Position numbers and translations under genes: made by a program. Below are positions 1 to 13,694 of a stretch of DNA of 64,000 nt, piece by piece (positions within the stretch are counted from its first letter, which is position 1; each line of letters starts with the position of its first letter). The stretch is from the NCBI RefSeq assembly GCF_018350175.1, contig NC_058368.1:206648001-206712000 (forward strand), given 5' to 3'. Source of the DNA: Felis catus (Eukaryota). The notes under the pieces are model-generated. The model was not told the DNA's origin. It was given only the letters and a program-made list of their open reading frames with translations, and ran no database searches.

Positions 1-3000
1 TGAATGATGCCCCTCCCATTTCTACCCCCTGATTGCTGGAACCATGAATCCTGGTTATGAGAGAAACAGAAGCATATATTGGACATTGATTCAGAGCATT
101 TATAGTCACCTGGAGAACCTTACCCCAGCCATGAAAGGGATTTTCACCTACTTGGTATTGTAACTGAGTCTTCAAAAGGCCCTTCTACCATTCTTTCAAG
201 GCAGCTGCTGCAGGATGGTGGGGAACATGGTAAGTCTAGTGAATTCCATGAGGTTGGGCCTATTGCTATATTTCATTTACTGTGAAATGGGTGCCTTGAT
301 CAGAAGCAATGGTATGTGGAATACCATGTCAGTGGATAAGGCATTTCTTAAGTTCAGGGCTGTCAGTGTTGGCAAAAATATTGTATGCAAGGAAGGCAAA
401 TCCATACCTATAACGTCTATTCCAGTAAGAACAAAATACTGTCCCTTCCGTGATGGAAGTTGCCCACTATAATGAATCTGTCACCAGATAGTTAGCTGGC
501 TGATCACCCCAAGAAATGTTAGTGTTGATTTCATACCATGTTCATTTCTCCTGCTGGCTGGTTGGGTACTCAGCAGTGACTGTAGTCATGTCTGCTTTGG
601 TGAGTAGAAATCCATGTTGCTGAGCCCATGTGTAATGTTCATTCCTGCTACCATGGACAGTTTGCTAATGAACATATGGGCTCCCGTTGGGTGATGACTG
701 GGGTGGCTGGTAAAAGAGGCTGACTGGTATCCATAGAACAGATTATCCTATTCAAGTAAGTGTTAAAGGTCATCTTCCAACATGGGACATAAATATCTTC
801 CCCTTTTTGCCCATTCTTGGAGGTCTATTCACATACCTCTTTCCCAGACTTCCTTGTCACCAGTTTTCCAGTCCCGTTCCTTCCAAGTCTCTGACTATTC
901 AGCCAAACCATTGGCCACAGCCCATGAATGGTAAATAAACACACGTCAGGCCCTTTCACCTTATAAGCAAAATGACCAGCCAGGTACACTGCTTGAAGTT
1001 TTGCCCATTGGGAGGATTTTCTTTCACTACTATCCTTTAGGGATGTCCTAGAGAGGGGCTGTGGTGCTGTGGCTCTCCACTTACAGGTGATGTCTGCATA
1101 TTGTAGAGAACTATCTGCAAAGTAGGCCTAAGTCTTTTCTTCCTCTGTCAGCTATTTGTAGGGAACTCCCCTTGAGACCATAGGTGAAGCCTGGGTGAGA
1201 CAAGGTAGTATAGCTGGAGTAGGGATCATGGGTGTTTGGTCCACTTCATATAATTTATTTGTGCCTTCTGGAACTGTTTGGGCTTGATCTCATATACCCC
1301 ACTTCCATTTGACAAGGGAGTGCTACTGTGCACACTCAACTTTATGAGTTGGTGAGTCAGATTATATTCAGTTCATGATGGACAGTTCAGGTTGTATGGT
1401 AACTTGGTGGCCCATAGTTAAATGTTCAGTCTCTACTAAGGCCTAGTAGCAAGCCAAGAGCTGCTTCTTAAAAGGAGAGTAGATCTCTCAAAGGATGGCG
1501 GGTCTTTTCTCTAAATTTCTAAGGATCTGTAATGAGATTCTCTCATAGGGGCCTGCCACAGGCTCCATCCAGCACCCCTGTCTACCATTGACACTGCTCT
1601 CTGGATCTGGGGGATCATATGGTCCAGTAGCAGAGCAACTTGCGCAGCAGCCCAGATCTGTGCCAAGCCTATTGTTGTTTTGGGCCTTGCTCAAAACTCA
1701 CAACTTTTGGGTAACTTAGTAATGGGCCAAAGTAGCACAGCCAAATGAAGAATTTATTTCTTCCAAAATCCAAAGAGACCCACTAAACATTATACTCCCT
1801 GCCTCCTTCCCTTCCTCCTTCTCTCTCTCTTTTTGATTATAGGGAGAGCCAGATGCAACAACTTACCTTTCACCTTAGAAGAGATATCTGAATATGTTCT
1901 ATAGCATTGGACTCCTAGAAATTTTACTGAGATATAGGACCCTTGAATTTTTATCAGATTTATTTTCTACCCTCTGACATGCAAATGTCTTACCAATAAG
2001 TCTAGAGTAGTTGCTACTCTTTGCTCACTAGGTCCAGTCGGCATAATGTCATCAATGTAATGGATCAGTGTGATACTCATGGAAGGGAAATGCAGTCAAG
2101 ATTTCTGTCAACTAAATTATGACACAGGGCTGGAGACTTGGTTATACCTCTGAAGTAGGGTAGTGAAGGTATATTGTTGGTCTTGTCAGCTGAAAGCAAA
2201 CTGCTTCTGGTAGTCTTTATTAACAGGAATTGGGAAGAAAAAGCATTTGTCATTTTAGCTGCATAACAAGGATGTGTTAATTTGCTCACGCAATGAAACC
2301 ACACCTGGTACTGTGGCTGATATTGGAATCATTACCTTGTTAGGCTTACAATTACTCACTGTCATTCTCCAAAATCCATCTTTTCTCTGTGTGGTCCAAA
2401 AAACTGAGTCAAAAGGAGATGTGATGGGAATCACCACTCCTGCATATTTCAAGTCTTTGATGGTGGCACTAATCTCTGCAATCCCTCTAGAAACATGGTA
2501 TTGCTTTCAATTTACTATTTTCCTAGGTAAATCCAGTTTTAGTGGCTTTTACTTGGCTTTTACCACTAGAATTGCTCTTGGTTTATCGGTCAGGGAACCA
2601 ATGTGGGAATTTTGCCAGTTGCTGAATATGTCAGTTCCAATCATGCATTCTAGAACTGGGGGAAAAAAAAAACACATGATGTGTTCAAGGACCCACTTGG
2701 CCTACTGTGAGATGGACTTGAGTTAAAACTCCACTGGTCACCTGACCTTCATAAACTCCTCTTCTGACAAATGAACCACAGTCATGTTTTGGGTCTCTTG
2801 GAATTAGTGTAGTTCAGAGCCAATATCCAATAGTCCCCAAAGGTCTTACTATTGCCTTTTTGCCAGTGTACAGTCACCCTGGTAAAAGACCGTAGGTCTT
2901 GTTGGGAAAGATTGTAAGAAGGATTAACAGTATAAATTTGGGGCAGTGTACCAGGATCCTTCCTTTAGGGACCCGCCTCTTCATGGAAACTGTTTAGTCT
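1..3000 (-). mobile_element. pol: Decayed ERV-L (HERV-L/MERV-L class) internal region: protease-RT-RNaseH-integrase pseudogene
   Basis: Minus-strand translations give protease-like GLLDIGSEL (~2810-2840). ORF 2255..2452 reads AGVVIPITSPFDSVFWTTQRKDGFWRMTV...VPGVVSLREQINTS and ORF 2077..2304 has SPALCHNLVDRNLD. RT motif ITLIHYIDDIM lies at ~2042-2074, GPYDPPDP at ~1600-1625, and integrase core HGIPHTIASDQGTHFT and YHVPHHP at ~210-330. Many stops and frameshifts. Confidence 0.93.
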
Positions 3001-3493
3001 GTCAATTAGTGGAAGTCTTGGTTGGACCTTAGGAAGCATAGGGCATCTGGCAGGGCTATATTGAGGTCCAGGTAATAGGGATAATCAGAGGGAGTAGCAT
3101 ATTTTGTATTTTCTGTCTTAAAATTCACATCCCTTATCTTGACTGCTCAACAGTAAAGAAAAGCAGAATAATTCCATGAGGTAAATGGCTATCCTCTGCT
3201 GACCCAAATAGCTGGGCATGGAGAAGAGGGAGGAATTTCATTAGACTATGGTCAAGTCATGCCAAATAGAATTAGGAAATGAAGCCAAGCTCATCCAAGC
3301 ATTCTTTCAGGGTGAGAAGATAGTATGATGGCAGTAGGTATCTGCTTTTTGAATCCTTCTGTTCCAATACAGACTGGTGTATTTACCTCTGTTTTTGCAC
3401 AGCTGTCATTTTGAGGTCATTATTGTCTGTCCTTTTTGGTTCTCATTACTTTTCCCTTTTTCCATTTCCTGTTCCCAATCCTTGTATCTCATT

Positions 3494-3999
3494 AGTATTA
3501 GTCTCTTGGGACTGCTGTAACAAGTTACCACTGCCTTGGTGGTTTAAAACAAAAGAAATTTATTCTCTTACTGTTCTGCAAGTCAGAGGCTAAATTGAGT
3601 TTAATTGACCTGAAATCAAGATGTTGACAGGGCCATGTTCTCTGTGGAGACTCTAGGGCAGAATCTGTCTCTTGCCTTTGTACCTTTTGCTGGCTGCTAG
3701 CATTCCTTGGCTTGTGGCCACATTATTCTAGTCTTCAAGGCTAGCATCTTTAAATCTCTCCCTCCTCCCTACCACATTGCTTTCTCTTCTCTCTGTGTTA
3801 AATCTGCTTCCCTCTTATAAGGATACATGTTATTGTATTGATTGTATATAAAGTTCACCTGGGTAATTCAGGATTAACGCCTCAGTATCCTTAATCACAT
3901 CGGCAAGGACGCTTTTTCATCTAAGTCAATATTTACAGGTTCCAGACGTTAGGAAGTGAGTATCCTTTTGGGGGGAAGGGCATTTTTCATTCTACTATA
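3494..3999 (-). mobile_element. MaLR solo LTR (MLT1C/D-like)
   Basis: Plus strand reads gctgtaacaagttaccac...aaatttattctctt...agcattccttggcttgtggcc...ccttaatcacatc...caggttccag, resembling the reverse complement of MLT1C/D. Confidence 0.8.
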
Positions 4000-4766
4000 A
4001 CATGTGTTCCTCTTTCTTGACTCTCTCTGTCTCTGTCTCTCCCACCACCTTATTCTCTCTTTCATTTAGAACACATCCTCTAATAGTTTCAGAGAATGAA
4101 TACATATAAAATTATTTGAGATCCTATAATTTTGATTCTGCCCTCATATTTGATTATGACTTTGTATATAGAATGTTGGGAAGGAAAACATTGTTATTCA
4201 GAAAACTTGAGTGTGGCCACACATGTCTCTTCCTTGCTGCTCTTCATCAATTCAATTCCAGAAGTTTTTGAACATTTGAGGTATTTGTAAATGTTCTGCA
4301 TCCTAAATATTCTGCAACTGTCTGAATTTTGGGGGAAGTAAGTCCTTTAACTTCTGCTTGCATTCATTCAAAGCCTGTGGAAAAATTTTAATCAGGGCAT
4401 TCAATGAATAGAGCACAAAAACTTAGCTTTGGAATTGTTTAGTCAATTGCAATTAATTAAAATAAAACTTGAAAATAGGAAGGCAGTCAGTGATATTTAT
4501 TCTACAAAAGCAAGTGAGGTATTGAACAAAATAAATGATGAGAGTTCAAATGCTGTTTTTAAGTGTTAAAATCTATAATTTTGATTTGTGCTATGTTGAT
4601 TTCAGGAAAGAATCTTTTGATGGAGTCCCTAATTTTAATTGGGTAATTTATTTTCTGTACTGCAAATGGGATAGAGAGAGAAGAGTTTCCATTTTCCAGC
4701 ATTTAAATTTCAGTTAGTCATGGAGAGAACTTAACTGATGAATTTTATCTTGTAAAAATACTTGTT

Positions 4767-4952
4767 GGGGTGCCTGGGTGGCTCAGTTGGTTAAGCATCT
4801 GACTCTTGGTTTCGGCTCAGGTCTTGACCTCATGTTTTGTGAGTTCAAGTCCCCCATCAGGCTCTATGCTGATAGTGCCTGGGATTCTCTCTCCCTCACA
4901 CACTCTCTGCCCCTTCTCTGCTTGTGCTTTCTCTCTCTCTCTAAAAAAAAAA
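4767..4952 (+). mobile_element. Can-SINE (SINEC_Fc-type)
   Basis: ggggtgcctgggtggctcagttggttaag tRNA-like head, (CT)n region, A tail. Confidence 0.93.
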
Positions 4953-5493
4953 TTGTCAAGTGAGTACTCTGAATGAAAGAAAATATATGGGCTGAGATGA
5001 TAATATGATGCAATAGGAAAAAATTGCAATGGCTTTGAAGTTACCAGATATTTTATCATTTGTAGGGAAAGTAGTTTTTCAATTAAAAATATGGCCTATA
5101 GAGAAAAGCCAACAAAAGATGTCAACATTTTTGCATTTATTAACTATTAAATTAGAAGATTAAAGTCAACATGAAAATAATTAGAATCACATGATTATAA
5201 TAAAAAGAGACATTTTTTTTTGAAAAATACAAATGGCATATTATTAGAGACAAAGGTGGCTAAGAAAATGGTTAATTTTAAGTGAATAAGTACCAAAAAT
5301 AATCATTCTGTGTATTATTCAATGCTCAGAAAATCATACAAAGAATTTTTTTTTGCTGTAATGTAACAAACATATGTTATTTTTCTTAGAAGCAACTTTA
5401 TTTTTGAAACTAGCTTTTGAAAAGAACTGTTTAATACTGTCAAGAAATAAACCAATTTGACAGTCAAGAAATTTTTGAAAATTACCTAACTTT

Positions 5494-5621
5494 ATTTTAT
5501 TTTTTTTTAAGATTTTTTTATTTTTATTTTTAAGTAATCTCTACATTCAGTGTGGGTCTCAAACTTACAACCTGGAGATCAAGAGTCACATGTTCCACTG
5601 ACTAAGCCAGCCAGGTGCCCC
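5494..5621 (-). mobile_element. Short older Can-SINE (SINEC_old-like, lacks CT-rich segment)
   Basis: Head ...agccagccaggtgcccc and T-rich tail; degenerate TSD aaaattacctaacttt (5478-5493) / aaaattatctaatttt (5623-5638). Confidence 0.85.
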
Positions 5622-5689
5622 TAAAATTATCTAATTTTAAGTTGTCCTAGTTAGGATGATAGATTATATGGTCACTTTATTTACACTAT

Positions 5690-7500
5690 ATGTGACCTTT
5701 TTTTTCTTTAGATGTTTGTAGAACTTTTTATTTGTTTTCCTGTGTTCTGAATTGTCTCAGTGATGTATGTTTGTGAGACTCTTGGGTCTCTTTCAATCTG
5801 GAAATATATCCTTTATTTGGGAGCAATATTTTTCAAATGGATTAGGTTAAAGATTCCATCCCTTCAATTTTCATGTTTTCTCTCTTTTTGTATTTTCCAT
5901 TTTTTAATCTTAGAGCTTATGGGATGCTCTTCTAGTTTTCTTACCTTTTTCTCATTATTTTAATTTCTTTTTGTTTTCTTTTCGGGAAGATTTCCTTTAC
6001 TTTTATCTTCCAACTCTTCCATTGAGTGTCTCATTTTCAATATAATTTAAAAGAAATTTCCAAAATTCCTTTTTCTGTTATCTGAATGTCCATTTTATTT
6101 TCATAGCATCTATTTTTTCGTGGACTCAAAAATATTTTCTCTCTGGAAATATTAATCATGGTTTTATTGATTCGTTCATTTTTAAATTTAAAGTTTTCTT
6201 CTCCTTTTATAGTGTTGGCTTATTCCAAGATGATTTGTGTGTAGCTCTGTCTCTTGATTGATTAATCATAATTAAGAGCTGGGGACTTCAAAGCTGATTG
6301 GAAGACCTGAGTGCATGTGTGAGGCTTTGAACATCACTGCAGAGTGAACAGTATCTCTAGGTTTTTGCCTCATAGGTGTGTTGGAGACTCAGGAGAAGTC
6401 TGTTACGGTATTCTACTGGAGAGTAAAGGTCTGACTGCATTCTGGGAGCTAGACCATTCAGCATTAAGTCACTAAACTGTTCTCTTCTTGGTATACCTCC
6501 CATAAAGACCCACATTTACTGGTCCATACCATCTTTGTTTACCTCTCCAGGAAAACAAAAAACAAAAACCACACCCTCCAAACTTCTGGGGCAGGAATAA
6601 TTGTTCCAAAGAATGGTCTGGGAAAGGTAAGAACTGGGAATCTGGACTAGAAGAAATCAAACTGATCCTGAAACTCCCTTTCATGCACAGTTCTAGAGCT
6701 ACTAGTATTGCCTGTTCCAGAATCTTTTAGGATTCTGTAGTAGCGTGGACTTAGTTTTTCTGACAGCTAATTTTGTATTCATCTTTCTTGGGTCTTCTAA
6801 GTCATTTATACTTGTTCTGCTTTCTGGCATTCAAAATTCGATCACTGTTGACTCCCCTGCTGCTGTCTCCATCTTTGTGGATTAAAAAGGTTTTTTTTTT
6901 TCCTTGTGTGTGGCAAGAGTGAATAAAACTATGTGAATGTGTTCAATCTGCCACCATAGCTTTTATAGATGTTCTATGACATTTTTTCAAATCTGTCTAC
7001 TATTTTTGTAGTGATTTCATTATGGTTCCTATTCCTTTTTATTTTCTTCATTTAAAAAATACTGATTTTGTAATTTTTTTTACATTGTTGAATCCTCCAC
7101 TTGCTGGAGTGAGACTTGCTCTGTCAAGGTGAAACTATTTCTTTGTAGTCTGTAATTTTTTGACTGTGAGATTTTCTCATCATCCAACACACCCCCTCCC
7201 ACCTCCACTCGGTGGGAGTTGTCTCTTTTATTCCTGGAAGAAATGTTGCTGTAGTTTTGCATTTCCATCTGTATCTCACCTGCTCCAGACTAGTTATTAT
7301 GTTAATTCCTTAGCTTGAAGCTTCTTGCATCTCATAAATCATGTAAATTCTGATTCCCCGGGTGCATGTTTTGGAGGTCTCATTTTTTTGTGGTGGTCTT
7401 CTTTTTATTATTTCCATTCAGAGATCTTCCTTATGGTTTGTCTAAGCTGATGGTGCTTCTTGCACTGAGAAGGCTGTTCTTCTAAGCTCCCGGCTTTAGA
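5690..7500 (-). mobile_element. Ancient L1M (L1ME-like) ORF1/5' region remnants
   Basis: T-rich, highly diverged antisense L1 ORF1-like phrases (tttattttcctgtgttctgaattg..., ttatcttccaactcttccattgag); boundaries approximate. Confidence 0.45.
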
Positions 7501-7546
7501 CAGGATATCCTGTTCCAGTTACTACCTTGTAAGAACTCAGTACCTT

Positions 7547-8005
7547 GTGTTTTAGGTTGACTTTCCCATAAGCACACTCTGAGATGAGGATTCGTGTGAA
7601 AGTAATTATTGGTGAGTGATCCCAGGAAAAATAGGGGTTTAGAGAAATGGGACTCAAAAAGCAATTTGGCCAAACAAGGGTATGGTATCAAGCAAAATCT
7701 CACCTAGGAAGCTTTGGCTTAAATCTGAAGTAAAGATTTGAAGGTCACACCTTAGAGCCCTCCTTACCAGAGTGAAGGGAGCCATGGTAGTTATATACCA
7801 TCATTAGTTAAAGTCTTCTCCAGGAGAGATGGAAACTCCCAGGAGGCTCTTGCTTTTCCTGAGCTCTCAAGGGGTTCTAGCAGTCTGAGGCCAGCTCCCT
7901 GATAAAGAAATGAAGGAGATGCTAACTGAAAAGTATACAGGGTGGTTGGGTGCACAAGTTGGTAAAGAATCCAAAGGAACATGGGTGGAACGTTGCTGCT
8001 GCAAT
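7547..8005 (-). mobile_element. ERVL solo LTR (LTR33/LTR16-like)
   Basis: tgtgtttaggttgactttcccataagcacactctgagatgaggattcgtgtgaaagtaattattggtgagtgatcccaggaa matches the reverse-complemented 3' end typical of LTR33/LTR16. Confidence 0.7.
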
Positions 8006-9029
8006 GTCCATGCCTGGGGCTACACCATAGCCTCAGCTTATATCTGAATCTATTCCCCAGTCTTACCTCACTAACACTGCACCACCGTGGTAGGAGGAGA
8101 GTTTACGCTCTATCTTTAGTTCCTCCTTCGTTTTCTGAGAATTGGACATTTCTTTTCATTTTTATATTAAACCATTAGAAGAAGGGTTGTGATTTCTTGA
8201 AATTTTATGTTTGAAGTGGAAAGGCGTGTCCATTTTAGTGCATTCTATCTGAAGTCTAATATGTGTGCATCATTTAAATAGAAAAAATGATCACATTTCA
8301 CTTTGGGTAAAGCCAACCACATGGCTGAAAAGACATAATTTGGATTCTCTTAGAAATTACGTGCCGAAAGTCCTAGAAAGAATTATGGAATATGGTGATT
8401 TGGCCTTTATGTAATATGTTTATTTTCTAGTTTAGCATACTTCAAGACTGATTTGAAATTTGGTGCTAGTCTTGTGAAATTGTGAACTGGGATTTTTTTT
8501 GCAGAAAGTGTCTCTTGGAACTTTATATTTTATTTTATTAGTAATATTTTGAGGATGTTTTACCAAATATAGTTCATTGTAAAGAGTATGGTAAAACTTG
8601 GTAAGAGTAAAAAGACCATATCTTAGATGAAGCAGGTTTATGTTCCCCCCTATTATCTGTTCCTTTACTTCCTAAAATGTCATAGCAATAGGAGAGACAG
8701 GGGTTGTTAGATAAGTCAAATAATGCACAAATGAAATCCAGAGTCTTATCATTGCAGCATGACTGTACTCTTACAGGGTTTGATCTGATTTGTTAGGATG
8801 TGCAGGAAGAAATGCTTTGTGTTCATGTGCATGTGTGTGTGCGCGTGTGCTTTAAACAGATTTGAATGAATCATGGTCCCTGGTAAATTCATCTCTGGAG
8901 GCTTAGGGCTTAAACCAAGGATGGTTTTCTTTTTAGAAGCCTCTCTCAATAGAATAACAAAATGAAAAATGAAAGAAATAAAATGAATGGAAAAGCATGT
9001 AACGTACATAAACTCTTGAGTCAGACCTG

Positions 9030-9200
9030 TTTCTTTCTCTGCTGTTCTATTCTGTCACCTTCCTCAAATCCTACTACTCTCTATAAGCTGTGGGTTCCTC
9101 ATCTATACAGTGTGTATGATAATCATACCCACTTTTTGGAGTGTGGTAAGGACCAAATGATATAATTGTGCCTACCACAATGCCCAACCCCTAACTAGAG
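9030..9200 (+). mobile_element. MIR fragment
   Basis: Core-like gggttcctcatctatacagtgtgtatgataatcataccc. Confidence 0.5.
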
Positions 9201-9354
9201 ATTAAAGAATGGTAGTGACTATGAATATTATTGCATCATTGGTATCTAAAAATAAGGTCCTACAGAGTACATATTTCTGTTGGACAGCTACTTTAAAATC
9301 ATTAATATTACACACATGTGGTATTATAATAGTAAATTTGAATAACGTATCCAT

Positions 9355-9452
9355 CTTTCCTTCATCCTTCTCTTTGTTCCTTCCTCTCTCTCCTCCACCA
9401 TCCCTCCCTCCCTCTTCTCTTCCTCCCTCCCTTCCTTCCTCCCTTCCTTTTC
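9355..9452. repeat. CT-rich (CCTT/CCCT) simple repeat
   Basis: Polypyrimidine tract seen directly. Confidence 0.85.
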
Positions 9453-10025
9453 TAGAATTGTGTATTAGATTTAGATTCAGGGTAGTATTAAAATACTGCC
9501 CTCCCCATCTTAATCATATGTACTATTAAATCAGGAAATATAATCTTTCTAAAATCCCAATGAAACTACATAGAAATTCACAGAAGCCTCTCTTTGTTAA
9601 ACATCAGTTTCAGCTTGCCTTCTTTGAGAAAACACTGCACCTGCATCTTAAAACAAAACTACTTCCTCTCTTTCAAGAATAGCAAAGGCAAATAATTTCC
9701 TAATTCCAGACACAATGGCGCTCTATGAATTTAGCCTATTAATTCACTATTGGCCTTAGCTAAATCACATACTTAGATTGTCATTATAAAATGAATCATA
9801 GATTTAAAGCAAACAAGCCAACAACATACAAGCAAGTACAACCCGAGGATTTGTATTACCAAACAAAATGGATGATTTTCTGAGATGAACTGGGCTAACA
9901 ACATGTTCATGTCTCAGATCATGGATAAATGCTGCATAGGTTGGATTAATAATCCTAGTTGATTTTATTATGTAAAGGTTAGCAATAGACAGGCGAGTGC
10001 TGGCCTGTCAATTTACTACATGTTT

Positions 10026-10245
10026 AAAAAAATTTTTTTTAATGTTTTTATTTATTTTTGAGGCAGAGAGAGACAGAGCGTGAGCAGGGGAGGGGCAGAG
10101 AGAGAGGGAGACACTGAATCCAAAGCAGGCTCCAGGCACTGAGCTGTCAGTACAGAGCCTGACACGGGGCTCAAACCCACGGACTGTGAGATCATGATCT
10201 GAGCTGAAGTCGGACGCTAAACCGACTGAGCCACCCAGGCGCCCC
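10026..10245 (-). mobile_element. Can-SINE (SINEC_Fc)
   Basis: Full feliform SINE ending gagccacccaggcgcccc; TSD aatttactacatgttt (10010-10025) / aattttctacatgttt (10246-10261). Confidence 0.96.
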
Positions 10246-10669
10246 AATTTTCTACATGTTTTAAAATCATGTTCCTAAAGAATACTTGAAAGCCAGATAG
10301 TCACTGGACATTTTTCCTTGCAAATGGATATTTGTTGATGATTTTATTATGAAAAATAGATACTAGAGACATCTTGCCAAGACTAAAATTTGTCTTGTGA
10401 TACTGTTTTCCTAAATAAGTCATGGTATTAATATTTATCTTTCCTAAATCCCTCAGAAAGTGACTCTTTGTAAGAAATAATATAAAACTAATAAAGAAGG
10501 TCAGACTACTCTTTGGATCAGTATTGACCAAGAATTGGACATTATCTTATACTACACTTGAAAGAGCCATGCCAGTGATATCTGCAGGGTTCAAACACTT
10601 CTGCAGTATTATTGGAAAAATACCCAAACCCTCAGTTTATTAGAAATCATTAATTTGGGCACTTGTTGA

Positions 10670-10810
10670 GTAGGGGATCTTTCCCAGCTCTACTTCTTGC
10701 GTAATGTGGAGACATTGATCTCAGGGGCTTTTGTGAGACTTAAATAAAATGATATATTTGGAGTTCCTACACACTGCTTGCAATTGAATAGGTACACAAT
10801 AGGGGGATCC
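10670..10810 (+). mobile_element. MIR fragment
   Basis: cccagctctact...ttgtgagacttaaataaaatgatatattt...aataggtacacaata. Confidence 0.4.
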
Positions 10811-11699
10811 CCTTTCCTTTGACACTGAGTCTAAGACCAAGGCAATGTTGGCAATTTCAACAAAATAACATATGATTATGCATAATACAAGATAGACATT
10901 GCCTAAGTATCTAATACCTGGTGCAGACAGTAAAAGCAAGGGAATCCTGATAGGGCAGAGATCACTGGCAATGCTAGAGTCAATGTATAATGAGACATGA
11001 CCTGGCATTTTGGTGAAGCCAGTATGGATGGAAGGGTATTTACTATAGCTTTAATGTTCAGTATATGTTACAGGGTTTTCCATCTTTGAAAAATGGTAAT
11101 TTGTAAATAATGAATATACCAAATATTGTGGAACCAGAATACTTGGCATTTTAGTTTACTTTGGGTGCATTGTGTTGCTAACTTGGCCAAATGACATAGT
11201 TTATTTGTCATATCCATAGGCATATTCTAAATTCCTTTCTTAGAAATTTCTGGTTAAGACTGATTTATCTTTAGGGTGTATAGAATTTAGCAGATTGAAT
11301 ATGACATAGTAAATGTGAATTGGTAGCTTTACTAAAGATGATCTCTAGTTTTTAGACAAGCTAGTCCTGAATCTTTTACAAATCGATGCTGCACTTTTGA
11401 TAAGATTTTAAGTGAACACAGTTTATCAAATTATAGTAAAATGTTTCACTATAAGTACTATTAGAAGGCTTTGGCAGAAAAACCACATTCTCAGGTATAC
11501 ACTTGTTTTTTTTTTTTCCTTCAGTGTAAATTACCTACTTCATCTCCCGTAGCCGCATTTGAAGCTTTTCATGAGTAGAAGTTAGTGATATAAGACAAAA
11601 TCCAGGTGGGAATCATGAGAAGGGCATAGTCAAACTTTGAATTAGCCTGGAGAGTTATTTGATCTGTACATTTCATTAGAAATGTACTGAATTTAGGAA

Positions 11700-11850
11700 G
11701 CATTGTGGCAGAGCAGAAAAAGCATTAATTCAGGAGTTGAGGAGAGATGGATCCAAACACTGGTCCACCAGTGAGGACTATTAATCTTGTGCAAATTACT
11801 GAAATCCTTAAGCCTTAGATTTATCATCAGTAAAAAAACCAAAGATATAA
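11700..11850 (+). mobile_element. MIR fragment
   Basis: atcttgtgcaaattactgaaatccttaagccttagattttatcatcagtaaaa core. Confidence 0.5.
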
Positions 11851-11899
11851 TAGCAACAAGAGAAAACCAACTCAACTCATTTCCTACGGTTTTTATAAA

Positions 11900-12780
11900 G
11901 ATACATTCATTTTTCTTGCGGGTGGTTTTTGAAGACCTCCTACGTTCAGGCACTATGCTGAGCACTAGCCACATGATAGAAGAAAATCAGGCGAGATTTG
12001 TGCTCTCATAGAGCTTGAGAGACAGACACACTATCAGATACACACACAAAACACATAGAATCATTGTGGGGAGAGGTTCTACAAGGGAGAAAATTATGGT
12101 TCTGTGGCTAGGTTAACTTGTTAAGTCTGGTAATGCTTCATTGAGGAGATGGCTTTCAAGTTTCTATTTACAGGCTGAGTAGAGAGTGAAACATGAAGAG
12201 AGGTTCCCGCAGAGGGGCCAGTATTGTGCAACAGACAGAGGGAGATATGACTGAAAGAAGGCCTGTGAGGATACAGCGGAAAGAGTGAGAGCAACCTGTT
12301 GTCCACTGAGACTTAAAACACAAAAATGGCTTTGAGTGCCATATTAAGGATTTGGGTCTCTCTTCAAACAGTAGATAGTCATTGAAGGGTTTTAAGCTGT
12401 GGGATGACAAAATTAGATTTCATGACTACAGGGTGCAAGAACCGCTCATAAAAGGGCAAGAAAACAGCAAGGAGGCTGTTATGTATTGCAGGTGAGTGAG
12501 TGATTGCTTTGACTAGGGTGTTGTGTGGTTGTGGAGAGAAATGAAATAATTTGAGAGATACTTATTATGGATTGAGTGTAGGAGTGGCTGACAGGAAGGC
12601 ATCAAGCCTGACTCCTCTGCTACTGAGTTGTCTGAATGATTGGATGGTGCTCTCTTTTGAGAAAGAAAACCCCTGCGGGGGAGGGAGCATAACTCATTTT
12701 TTGATATATTACATTTGAAATATTTTTGAGATGTCCAAACACAGATATCAAGAAGAATTTGGATTTTCGAGAGGGTAAAT
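11900..12780 (-). mobile_element. L2 fragment including 3' end
   Basis: ttcatt...cctcctacgttcaggcactatgctgagcactag...tgctctcatagagctt, followed by typical purine-rich L2 antisense sequence. Confidence 0.7.
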
Positions 12781-13365
12781 CTTGTCATTTTGTTATTTCT
12801 TCTTCTATTGTATTTTCGGCTCGCTTTCTTTTGGCTCTTTCCTTATCAGCCTTTTAAACATTCCCAAGACTGTCTTCATTTACAAACAAAAAAACTCTGA
12901 AAAAACTTCTTCCACATCATATTTCTCTAGCCATTGCCCAACCTCACTGACAGATTTCCAGAAGTCCTTGTATTCACTGTTTCCATTGTCCTATCTTAGT
13001 CATGCTTACACTTACCAGTGTTTTCTGATCTCACCTCTAACCAACAACTTTGCCAAATGGCACAGTTCTCATCTCATTTGACATGAAATCCAAACTTTTA
13101 AGACTGTTTATGTAACTTGATGTATTAAAGGCATTTCAAACTCAATTCATCTAAATCCGAACTCTCGATCTTTTGCCTCCAAACTTAAAGGGTCTTCAGC
13201 GAACGGCTGACAGTTCACTCAGTTGCACAAGGTAGAAAACTGGGACTTACTCTTGATATTTTTCATTCATTTTATCACCCTCATCCTGTATCCAGTGATT
13301 GTAGGTTTGTCACTTCTGCTTCCTAAAATGTGTTTACTCTTCATTTTTATTGCCATCACTTTAGT

Positions 13366-13578
13366 CCAAGGTTCTCAGTTTTGTCACTGTTGGCATTTAA
13401 GGACTGGGTAATTCTTGGTTGAGATGTGCCATCCTAGCATTTTAGGGCACTGAACAGTATCCACTACATGCTAGTAGTACCACTGTCCCTACTTGTGACA
13501 ACCAAAATGTCTCCAGATATTGCCAAGTGTGCTCATGGAGGTGGGAGGTATAAAATTGCACTCAGTTGAGAGCCGTGC
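13366..13578. mobile_element. MER20 (hAT-Charlie MITE)
   Basis: ggttctca...ttgtgacaaccaaaatgtctccagatattgccaa...gttgagagccgtg with degenerate TIRs. Confidence 0.88.
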
Positions 13579-13688
13579 TTCTGTCAAAGCCACCATCATT
13601 TCTCCCTTGAACTTTTTTAGGATAACTAATATCCTAGCCTCCATATCTGATTCCTTTGAATCCTTTTTTCATCTATGGCTACAGTGAT

Positions 13689-13694
13689 TGCGCG

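Noticed and set aside
2274..2726. 150-aa plus-strand ORF
   Set aside because: Antisense shadow of the ERV-L pol.
3494..3999. MLT1 LTR as the 5' LTR of the neighbouring ERV-L pol (hybrid element)
   Set aside because: ERV-L internals normally carry MLT2-type LTRs; this LTR has its own degenerate 5-bp flanks (tcatt/acatg), so an independent solo insertion is simpler.
4767..4850. tRNA gene (A/B-box-like sequence)
   Set aside because: It is the tRNA-derived head of a Can-SINE, as in all other SINEs here.
11525..11605. Candidate plus-strand exon (strong polypyrimidine-CAG acceptor, CAG/GTGGGA donor)
   Set aside because: Stops in all three frames; no other support.
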